Positions 14,987 to 25,235 of a stretch of 64,000 nt of DNA are shown in pieces. A program made the translations under genes and the position numbers. The DNA is from Phyllobates terribilis. Taxonomy: Eukaryota. The first letter of the stretch is position 1, and each line of letters starts with the position of its first letter. The notes under the pieces were generated by a model, which was not told where the DNA came from, searched no databases, and was given only the letters and a program-made list of their open reading frames with translations. The DNA lies in the NCBI RefSeq assembly GCF_046119375.1, contig NW_027362764.1, forward strand, positions 415,896,001 through 415,960,000. The letters run 5' to 3'.

Positions 14987-16690
14987 TTACAGTACCCCCC
15001 CCTTACGCCCCCTCTTCTTCAGGCCTGCCAGAATCTTCCGCAGGGAATTCGAGGGCCAATCCTTCACTTCAAGGAGATCACTTCCACTGTCCACAGGAAA
15101 AACTGGTCTCATCTGGTTAGCTAGGATGCTACCTCCTATCCAGCCATCCTCAGCAACAGACGAAACGGGTGGAGTACCAGGAACAGCACACAAGGAAGTC
15201 TCTCTCCACATATTTTCAGGTGGCACCCCAGAGGGTACAGGAGACAACTTGAAGTCCTCCACCGGGTTGGAGGGGAGCAGAGACTTGGGGGTAAACTCTG
15301 CTTCGAGGTACATCTTGTCAAGCTCACAGGAAGAAATAGACGGGTTATCAGGTACAGGATGAGGAAAAATCACTGTCTCTTTGTTACCTGGTGGTACCCC
15401 GGAGGATTCAGGAAACAACTGGAGGTCCTCCGCCGGGTCAGAAGAGTGCAGAGGCTCAGAGAAAACATCTGCTTCAGAGTACACTAGGTCGGACTCACTG
15501 GACGAAGCAGGCGAGGTATCGGGTACCGAGTATAGGAAAGTCTCTGTCCATTCACCACCAGGTGGCACCCCGAAGGGTTCTGGAGACAACTGGAGGCCCT
15601 CCGCCCGGTCGGAGGGGTGTAGAGACTCGGGAGTAACCTCTGCTTTGGAGTACACTAGGTTGGACTTACTGGACGAAGCGAGCGAGGTATCAGGTACAGA
15701 GTATAGGAGAGTCTCTGTCCTTTCGCTACCAGGTAGCACCCCGAAGGGTTCTGGAGACAACTGGAGGTCCTCCGCCTGGTCGGAGGGGTGTAGAGACTCA
15801 GGGGTAACTACCACTTTGGGGTACCCATTGTCAGGCTCACAGGACGGAGCAGACAAAGTATCGAGTACCAGGTGTAGAGAAGTCTCTCTCCATTTGTCAT
15901 CGAGTGGTATCCCGGAGGATTCAGGAGGCAACTGGGGGTCCTCCGCCAGGTAGTAGAGGTGCACAGACTCTGAGGTAATCACAGCTTCGGAGCATCCTTG
16001 GACATGCACACCGGTTAAAGTGGGTGAAGCATCTGATGCCGGGTGCAGGAAGTTCTCCTGTGTGGAGTCTGGATGGGCAGTAGTCTCTTCGGGCAGGAGA
16101 ACTGGTGCACTACCCACGCACATTACCCGTTGGGGCTTCTCCGGGATACAGGGAGATGAAGCTTCAGTAGGAACTTCAAGGTTGGGGTCAGGAGGTCTCA
16201 GGGAGGACAGACCCTGGCGTGACGGCTTGCCTCTACGTCTAGCACGTCTGGACTGCCTCTTGAGGTTGGGAGAAGTATTCCGGAGAGCGTAGTCACCCTG
16301 TGAGGATTCTGGGTGGGCAGTAGTCTCATTGGGCTGGAGGACTATTGCGCTACCCACACACATTACCCATCGGGGCTGCTCCGGGATATTGGGAAGTGAA
16401 GCTTCAGCAGGAGCCTCCGGGTTAGGATCATCGAAGACCATTAGAAAGGCCACCAGGAAGGCCATTATGTCCAGGACGATAGGATCCTGTGTTTCCCATA
16501 GGGGATTGATCCATTCCAAGGCATCACCCGCTAGGTTAGACATAATGAATGCCACCTTAACCCGATCGGTGGGAAAACATAGAGGGTAGAACTTGAAGTG
16601 TAGCATGCATTGCTCCACAAATGCACGACTTTGTCTTGGATCCCCATAGTAATGTGGCGGATCCGCAGGAACGAGAGCAGATAGATCCAT
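14987..16690 (-). CDS. 567-aa Ty3/Gypsy capsid N-terminal domain (LDOC1/RTL/PEG10-like) fused to acidic Pro/Ser/Glu repeats
   Basis: N-terminus PPHYYGDPRQSRAFVEQC..FPTDRVKVAFIMSNLAGDALEW..FLMVFDDP aligns by eye with the chromovirus gag at 25705. Then two ~44-aa repeats, a basic stretch and about five 57-aa repeats; the stop lies inside the 3' LTR terminus. Confidence 0.85.
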   Translation of the reverse strand: MDLSALVPADPPHYYGDPRQSRAFVEQCMLHFKFYPLCFPTDRVKVAFIMSNLAGDALEWINPLWETQDPIVLDIMAFLVAFLMVFDDPNPEAPAEASLPNIPEQPRWVMCVGSAIVLQPNETTAHPESSQGDYALRNTSPNLKRQSRRARRRGKPSRQGLSSLRPPDPNLEVPTEASSPCIPEKPQRVMCVGSAPVLLPEETTAHPDSTQENFLHPASDASPTLTGVHVQGCSEAVITSESVHLYYLAEDPQLPPESSGIPLDDKWRETSLHLVLDTLSAPSCEPDNGYPKVVVTPESLHPSDQAEDLQLSPEPFGVLPGSERTETLLYSVPDTSLASSSKSNLVYSKAEVTPESLHPSDRAEGLQLSPEPFGVPPGGEWTETFLYSVPDTSPASSSESDLVYSEADVFSEPLHSSDPAEDLQLFPESSGVPPGNKETVIFPHPVPDNPSISSCELDKMYLEAEFTPKSLLPSNPVEDFKLSPVPSGVPPENMWRETSLCAVPGTPPVSSVAEDGWIGGSILANQMRPVFPVDSGSDLLEVKDWPSNSLRKILAGLKKRGRKGGVL

Positions 16691-16831
16691 CTGGACGGGT
16701 GCGTAATTAGCCAGGAACTCAGCTAGAGAAAAAAAAATTGTATTTATTTATTTTTAATGCATGTATTCTCTGGAAAACGTCTCAGAGAGCGAAGGCCGTG
16801 GGGCTCAACGGGAACCATGGCCTGAGCATGC

Positions 16832-18851
16832 TGTAATGCACACGCCCGGGCTGAGCGGCGTGTGCGTGTGATTCCACTGGACCGTGCCGGAGAGTGAATG
16901 CCTGGAGGGGCGTAACTAGGTATTCACCCGATCCGACCAGGGTCGCACGACGGCATACGACGCCAGTGCACCCAGGAGGAACCGAGCAGAGGGACCAGGT
17001 GCTACTCCAGGACAGACCCCGGACACGGCTGTTGACCCACACAGGGGAATACAGGAACAGACTGGTTAGGCTGGCACACAGACTGGTGGGAATAGGCAGG
17101 CACGACTGGTATGCGGGCAGGCGGGTATGCAGGCAGGGGGGTACAGGCAAGCACGGCTAGAGTGCAGACAGGAAGGCACTAGCAGGCAGGAACACAGGCG
17201 GGATAGGACCCAGTACACACTGGGACTCTTGAACAGAACCACAGATGTGGCAGACAAACACAGCAGAGTGAGGCCACCCAGAGAGGTGAGCGAGAGCAAG
17301 GCAGGACGAGACCGCCTGGAGCGGTGAGCAAGAGCAGAGCAGGACGAGACCGCCTGGAGCGGTGAGCAAGAGCAGAGCAGGACGAGACCATCTGGAGCGG
17401 TGAGCAAGAGCAGAGCAGGACGAGACCGCCTGGAGCGGTGAGCAAGAGCAGAGCAGGACGAGACCGCCTGGAGCGGTGAGCAAGAGCAGAGCAGGACGAG
17501 ACCGCCTGGAGCGGTGAGCAAGAGCAGAGCAGGACGAGACCGCCTGGAGCGGTGAGCAAGAGCAGAGCAGGACGATACCGCCTGGAGCGGTGAGCAAGAG
17601 CAGAGCAGGACGAGACCGCCTGGAGCGGTGAGCAAGAGCAGAGCAGGACGAGACCGCCTGGAGCGGTGAGCAAGAGCAGAGCAGGACGAGACCGCCTGGA
17701 GCGGTGAGCAAGAGCAGAGCAGGACGAGACCGCCTGGAGCGGTGAGCAAGAGCAGAGCAGGACGAGACCGCCTGGAGCGGTGAGCAAGAGCAGAGCAGGA
17801 CGAGACCGCCTGGAGCGGTGAGCAAGAGCAGAGTAGGACGAGACCGCCTGGAGCGGTGAGCAAGAGCAGAGCAGGACGAGACTGCCGGAGCAGTGAGCAA
17901 AGGAGTCAGAGCGGAGCGAGACTGAGCAGGGGGAACAGGGCTCTGTTCACACGGAACAGACAGGAAGGGAAAGGCAGAGCCAGATACCCACAAGGTACTT
18001 GCAGTGAAGTGGCTAGTGGACCACAAACACACAAACGGGAGTACAGAGACAACAAGCAGGAGTTAGGTACGAGTTCAGACTCTGCAGAAAAAGGAAAGGA
18101 ACGGACATAGAGGCAAAACAGGTAAAGGATAGGAGAGAGTTCAGACTGGAACTGAGTGTACGGAAGAGACCGACACTGCAGCGGGATACAGGAGCGGGTC
18201 TGGGAATACGGCCCCCAGAGAGGCGGGACGAACAGGCAAGGAGCGTGTTCAGACAGGTCAGACAAGATACAGGAGCGGGTCTAGGTAATCGGCCCCTAGA
18301 AGGTGGGAGGAACAGGCTAGGAGCGAGTTCAGACAGGACAGACAAGATACAGGAGCGGGTCTAGGTAATCGGCCCCTAGATGGCGGGAGGAACAGGCTAG
18401 GAGCAAGTTCAGACAGGACAGACAAGATACAGGAGCGGGTCTAGGTAATCAGCCCCTAGAAGGCGGGAGGAACAGGCTAGGAGCGTGTTCAGACAGGCCT
18501 GGAAATACAGCCTCCAGGATAGGCAGACAAGAGAACACAGAACGGGACCTGGCACCTTCAGAGTGCAAGCACACACTGAATGAAACACAATGCTGAGGCA
18601 GGGATTGATTGGAGCAGCTGGGCTATATACCAGGTGACAGACAGCAATAGGCTGAGGACGCACAAGGGGTGTGACCCACAGCAGGTACAAAAAGCAGGAA
18701 GTGATCGGGCGCCGCCCTTAAGCAGCAGAAACAGACACAAACAGACAGCATGGAGGGAAGCCAGAGAGACATTCTGGACTGGAGATCAAGTGTGCGCTCT
18801 TGCACAGTGGGAGATGGACCACCATGCAAGGGCGCCGCCAGGTATGTTACA
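16832..18851 (-). repeat. 5' LTR (2020 bp) of the capsid-NTD-only element
   Basis: TG..CA termini; 15 units of the 38-bp repeat (17319-17887); TATA-like box at 18629-18623. Confidence 0.92.
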
Positions 18852-18966
18852 CATTACTGCCCATAATACTGAAGGGAAGGACATTTTTTTTCATATAAAT
18901 ACGAGAGAGAGGGGCAAGGGTAAGAATCTTGTATCTTGTAGATATCTGTTGCTTTGTCTAGATATA

Positions 18967-20595
18967 CAGTACAGACCAAAAGTTTGGACACACCTTCTCA
19001 TTTAAAGATTTTTCTGTATTTTCATGACTATGAAAATTGTACATTCACACTCAAGGCATCAAAACTATGAATTAACACATGTGGAATTATATACTTAACA
19101 AAAAACTGTGAAACAACTGAAAATATGTCTTATATTCTAGTTTCTTCAAAGTAGCCACTTTTTGCTTTGTTGACTGCTTTGCACACCCTTGCATTCTCTT
19201 GATGAGCTTCAAGAGGTAGTCACTGGAAATGGTCTTCCAACAATCTTGAAGGAGCTCCCAGAGATGCTTAGCACTTGTTGGCCCTTTTGCCTTCACTCTG
19301 CGGTCCAGCTCACCCCAAACCATCTCGATTGGGTTCAGGTCTGGTGACTGTGGAGGCCAGGTCATCTGGCGTAGCACCCCATCACTCTCCTTCTTGGTCA
19401 AATAGCCCTTACACAGCCTGGAGGTGTGTTTGGGGTCATTGTCCTGTTGAAAAATAAATGATGGTCCAGCTAAACGCAAACTGGATGGAATAGCATGCCT
19501 CTGCAAGATGCTGTGGTAGCCATGCTGGTTCAGTATGCCTTCAATTTTGAATAAATCCCCAACAGTGTCACCAGCAAAGCACCTCCACACCATCACACCT
19601 CCTCCTCCATGCTTCACGGTGGGAACCAGGCATGTAGAGTCCATCCGTTCACCTTTTCTGCGTCGCACAAAGACACGGTGGTTGGAACCAAAGATCTCAA
19701 ATTTGGACTCATCAGATCAAAGCACAGATTTCCACTGGTCTAATGTCCATTCCTTGTGTTCTTTAGCCCAAACAAGTCTCTTCTGCTTGTTGCCTGTCCT
19801 TAGCAATGGTTTCCTAGCAGCTATTTTACCATGAAGGCCTGCTGCACAAAGTCTCCTCTTAACAGTTGTTGTAGAGATGTGTCTGCTGCTAGAACTCTGT
19901 GTGGCATTGACCTGGTCTCTAATCTGAGCTGCTGTTAACCTGCGATTCCTGAGGCTGGTGACTCGGATAAACTTATCCTCAGAAGCAGAGGTGACTCTTG
20001 GTCTTCCTTTCCTGGGGCGGTCCTCATGTCAGCCAGTTTCTTTGTAGCGCTTGATGGCTTTTGCAACTGCACTTGGGGACACTTTCAAAGTTTTCCCAAT
20101 TTTTTGCACTGACTGACCTTCATTTCTTAAAATAATGATGGCCACTCATTTTTCTTTACTTTGCTGCTTTTTTCTTGCCATAATACAAATTCTAACAGTC
20201 TATTCAGTAGGACTATCAGCTGTGTATCCACCATACTTCTGCACAACACAACTGATGGTCCCAACCCCATTTATAAGGCAAGAAATCCCACTTATTAAAC
20301 CTGACAGGGCACACCTGTGAAGTGAAGACCATTTCCGGTGACTACCTCTTGAAGCTCATCAAGAGAATGCCAAGAGTGTGCAAAGCAGTCATCAAAGCAA
20401 AAGGTGGCTACTTTGAAGATCCTAGAATATAAGACATATTTTCAGTTGTTTCACACTTTTTTGTTAAGTATATAATTCCACATGTGGTAATTCATAGTTT
20501 TGATGCCTTCAGTGTGAATGTACAATTTTCATAGTCATGAAAATACAGAAAAATCTTTAAATGAGAAGGTGTGTCCAAACTTTTGGTTTGTACTG
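18967..20595 (-). mobile_element. Tc1 family A, full length, frameshifted
   Basis: TA flanks, same TIRs as 1664-3288; ORF 19087-19668 with QQDNDPKH and SPDLNPIE. Confidence 0.95.
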
Positions 20596-20886
20596 TAGAT
20601 GTTAAAACACAAACATTACTATTCGCATAATTGTAAAACATGCTTCACTCAATGTATTGTTTTCAAGCATATATACCACAGCTTGAAATAATTATGTTTA
20701 TTAAGTACTCACATGCGATTGGTTCATATGGGTTTTATATACTCTCCCATGACTCTTTGATTTAAACTGAGTACGGGCGTTATTGTTACGCCAGGAACGC
20801 TTCAGTCTTTCATGGCTTTCATGTGAACCTCTCTTGTGTGCCGCTCTTTTTCTCTATATGTATCTTAGAACTACATATGTGGATAA

Positions 20887-21171
20887 GGGTGCTTTCACAT
20901 TGCATTCAGGCAGCCTATAATAGTACCAGCATAGCAAACGTGCGCTCTGACGTGAAACATTTCAGGCGTATATGCCTACTGGAGGCAAATACTCAGACAT
21001 AGTAGACTGCATCTGGGAATCCACCTCAAGAAGGGCGTACACTCCCGAAAATGATGCCCGAGAGAGCACACATTCTCTATAGGCTATCACCCTGTCATTT
21101 TGTGAGGTTCGGATGTAAGCCTTGATAGGGCCATTAAATGGATGCCTAGAGACAATGTAAACAAAGCACCC
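20887..21171. mobile_element. Tourist-like (PIF/Harbinger) MITE
   Basis: TAA flanks; imperfect termini GGGTGCTTTCACATTG / CAATGTAAACAAAGCACCC. Confidence 0.65.
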
Positions 21172-21254
21172 TAAACAACTGTGTAGATGTTTCTAAGCCA
21201 AGTAACTGAGTACCCATAAGAGCTTGGTTTTATGCAACATTTGAGGTGCAGTTG

Positions 21255-22323
21255 TGTGAGGGGCGCAGGGTTGTAGTCATGGTGAGAGATTGCTGTTTTT
21301 CTCCCACACCCTGACACCCCACAAAGAAAAAATAAAGTTCTGTTTTTCGTGTTGTTTGTGTGTATTCAATAACACTCACAGTTTTCTTTGAGGATCCCCT
21401 CTGTTCCGGGACTCCAACCTCAGCTGCAGACAAACAATCAAGCACAGTCTCTTGTTTCGTTTTTTAACAAAACCGTTTTTTTACTATAAACTTTCAGTTC
21501 AGTTTTTGGTCTCAGATACAGCTCATTGGGGGTACAACAGACACAGTTTCAGCTTTCTTCAACACCCCTTTCACTACTTGTCCCCCAGGTTTGATCCACC
21601 CAGTACCGCAGCTTTCCAGAACCTGGTTCTGCTTCCTATAGGGATGTTCCTGTCCATTTCTCCTTCTTTGGAATTGAGTAAGGCTGACTTCTCCACGCCT
21701 TCTCTGGGCCGCAGACTCCGGAAGTTTAGGGAAGTTTCCTAGCAGTTTACTGCTTCTTTTTCTATAGTGCTGCTTCTCTATTTCTCTGCCTCTTGCTGTA
21801 TCACTGTCGACCTTCAGCCCACTGGCCCTCAACTTTTCCACTCCTCTCAGTTATCCCTCCTGCACAAGCTTCAACGTTTCAACCAACAACTCCTTCTCTG
21901 ACTGACAGGAAAACCCATTACTCTTCTCTGGCCCAAAACTCCTCCCATTTTCACTGGACCAATCACCAACTCTCCTTCGGTTGCTGGGCAAACTTCCCCG
22001 TTACTACCCTGCTGCAGTCACTAAACCTCCTATATCTAAGGTGCCTCCAACTAAATCTTCCCTTCCTAAATGAATCCCTAAGTCCTAGGCTTTACTTATA
22101 TTCTTTACTTAACCATATATGTTACACATAAAGAATATTATACATTAATCATATTGTATTACATTAACTGCACATTAGTGCCTATAAGATTCTATGTATT
22201 TTCACATTTTTGATTACTCATACAATACAATAAAACCATGTTCTAACACACATTCACACACAGTTACCGCAGTTGTTTCCTTTAGGGGGAGAGGTGAATG
22301 GCAGCTCCTGTCACACCCTTACA
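21255..22323. mobile_element. Solo LTR (1069 bp)
   Basis: Termini TGTGAGGG..CCCTTACA; 4-bp TSD GTTG on both sides; no coding content. Confidence 0.7.
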
Positions 22324-23108
22324 GTTGCTGCAGTTTTCAATTGATCATTAATATTGATTATAAATGGAAAGTCCATGCCATTAATGGGTTTGTCTCATGT
22401 TCAGTCATGGTTAAATTGGAAAGTGCTTGTAAAAATAGACAACTTTGCCATTTACATTCTATTAAAAATTCCTCTCTGTTCTTAAGAATGGAGGGTTTTT
22501 AAATCTATAGTTTACTTGACAAGCTTACCTGCCAAATAAGAATGGCTGGTAAAAGGTAAAGAACGCTCGCTTGCATGATGTTTGGTATACAGCTTGCAAT
22601 CACCGCTCTGAAGCTGGACGAATCGCTCCTACTCCCATGCTGCAGATCCAAAGCGGCCTTTGCTAGCAGCATCAGATAGTGAACAGTTCAAACCAGCAGC
22701 ACAACTATGTCACTGGTCTGAACTGTGAATCCTCAGGAGCATGCCACCCCCTGGCAAGCAGGGTACTAGAGGGGCAGAGGAACGGTCCACTCCAGAACAT
22801 GAGCACTCCCCCTTTACCAATCAACGGTCTATTAACTAACAATATTTAATAACTTTTGAACACTGTGGCAACTAGCATGGGTGCATGTTTTTTTTGTCTG
22901 TGTCCTGTTTTAACCCGCCTGATGGCCGATTCATAGGACTATACCCCAAGTAACACATGTAATTGTCTTCGTTTATTTTTTAAAGGGGTCCGCCCAATTG
23001 AATAACTGAATATCAATAGGGCATATGAACGCGATTGAAGGGTTCACCCCCATTATTAGCTGGGCTTCGGTTGGCTATGAATTACACGGACACCATTTTT
23101 TTATTTAA

Positions 23109-23472
23109 AGGGAACCTGACAGCTGATACATGCTAGCCAATCCACAGGCAGCATGTATCAGGCACTGGCTGTATTATCTCACCCATATATTTTTAACTCT
23201 GAATGTTGCGGCATTTCAGAGAAAAGTATATTGTTTAAAAGCTACCAGAGAGCAAGTCGCATGCGTGACTAGTCAGTAGGTGGATCCTCAGTCGCTTCTC
23301 CCCACCCACTGCCAACGACTGACAGATCTCTTTCTATACACGCATGCAGTGAGAGACCTGTCATTCGAGGGACAGCGGGCAGGGAGAAGCTTTTAAAGTG
23401 TGCTTTCAAACATACATGGTTGAAATCATACTGCCGGTGCCTGATACTTACTGTCCGTGGATCAGGTTCCCT
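23109..23472. mobile_element. T2/Kolobok-type MITE
   Basis: TTAA flanks; TIR AGGGAACCTGA / TCAGGTTCCCT. Confidence 0.8.
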
Positions 23473-25235
23473 TTAAATGTGTGCTATGTAACACTACATA
23501 TTCCCTATAGCTTTAAATAGGCGTCACATCTAATTATGAGGTTTAAGGGTACATTCCCATTAGCGGAATACGCAGTGCATTTACGATTTGAATATCTGCT
23601 GCTTGATAAAGTAGCAGCATTGTGAAAGCATTGCTAAAAACTCTTTCACACACTGAAAATCTGCATTGTATGTTGGCATGGATTTACCCTTTTGCAATGC
23701 AAGGGTAATGAGTGCGGAAACAGATGAATATTGGCATTTACCTCTGCAGATTCTACCGCACCGAAATTATACACTGGAAACCTCCAGTAAAAACATACTA
23801 TTGACAGCAGTCACACTAAACAGCCACCTAAAACTGACTGTTTTTTGGGGGCAAGTACAAGCCTTTTTTAGCAACATAAATACCCAAGTTTTTATCCAAT
23901 TCAAGACCACGCCATTTTCCCCCATTCCTTATCAGGCACATTTTCAGGGTTTTTTTGTACATGCAGTTTAAAGAACTGTAAAATGTTCATTTGTTTGTAT
24001 ATTCAAATAGTTTGCGCAACTTTTATAGGGCCTAGGGTTTTTTTCTCATATTTTTTTAATTTATTATTTTTTGGTCAATATCGGATCATATTGGTGGGAA
24101 AATGCATGTCTGCCTTTTACATTTTTTAATTTTTTATTTTATTCCCACAAAAGGACCACTGAAATACATTTTATATTTTGTTCTCCTTTCCTTACAATTA
24201 CACTGCTCAAAAAAATAAAGGGAGCACTTAAACAACACAATGTAACTCCAAGTCAGTAACACTTCTGTGAAATCTACCTGTCCAGTTATGAAGCAACACT
24301 GATTGTGAATCAATTTCTCCTGCTGTTCAAATGGAGCAAACAACTGGTAGAAATGATAGGCAATTAGCAAGATACCACTTATAAAGGAGTGGTTCTGCAG
24401 GTGGTGACCACAGACCATTTCTCTGTTCTCATCCTTTTTGGCTGTTGTTTTGGTCACTTTTTCATTTTGCCATTGCTCTCACCCCTAGAGATACAGTAGC
24501 ATGAGGCGGTGTCTACAGTACAACCCACAGAAATTGCTCAGGTAGTGCAGTTCATCCAGGATGGCACATCAGTGCGAGCTGTGACAAGGAGGGTAGTTGT
24601 GTCTGTCAGCGTAGTGTCCAGAGCATGGAGCAGATACCAGGAGATGTGGAGCTAGCCATAGGAGGGCAACAACCCACCAGCAGGACCGTTACCTCCTCCT
24701 TTGTGCAAGGAGGAACAGGAGGAGCACAGCCAGAGCCCTGCAAAATGACCTCCAGCCGGCCACAAATGTGCTTGTGTCTGCACAAATGGTTAGAAACCGA
24801 CTCCATGAGGGTGGTATGAGGGCCCGACATCCACAGATGGGGGTTGTGCTCACAGCCCAACACCGTGCAGGACGCTTGGCATTAGCCACAGAACACCAGG
24901 ATTGGCAAAGTCGCCACTGGCGCCCTGTGCACTTCACAGATGAAAGCTGGTTCACACTGAGCACATGTGACAGATGTGACAGAGTCTGGAGACGCCGTGG
25001 AGAGCGATCTGCTGCCTGCAACGTCCTTCAGCATGACCGGTTTGGCAGTGGGTCAGTAATGATGTGGGGTGGCATTTCTTTGGAGGTCCGCACAGCCCTC
25101 CATGTGCGCCAGAGGTAGCCTGACTGCCATTAGGTACTGAGATGAGATCCTCAGACCCCTTGTGAGACCATATGCTGGTGCTGTTGGCCCTAGGTTCCTT
25201 CTAATGCAGGACAATGCCAGACCTCATGTGGCTGG

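Larger units (their letters stand above)
12896..14991 (-). repeat. 3' LTR (2096 bp) of the capsid-NTD-only element
   Basis: Near-identical to 16832-18851; the 76-bp length difference equals two 38-bp units. Confidence 0.92.
12896..18851 (-). mobile_element. Non-autonomous LTR retroelement with ~2-kb repeat-filled LTRs and a single capsid-NTD ORF
   Basis: Direct repeats 12896-14991 and 16832-18851 (TGTAACA..GCATTACA on minus); TSD CATTA at 12891-12895 and 18852-18856; PPT G-run+GTAC abutting the 3' LTR; 1840-bp interior without PR/RT/IN. Confidence 0.92.

Noticed and set aside
14940-16589. Plus-strand ORFs antisense to the 567-aa ORF (and to other gag/pol genes)
   Set aside because: Shadow frames of a real coding strand; no independent motifs.
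22500-22800. Unique-looking GC-balanced segment as a possible host exon
   Set aside because: The frames I translated were short and gave no recognisable protein, and I found no convincing splice pair; unresolved without a database search.
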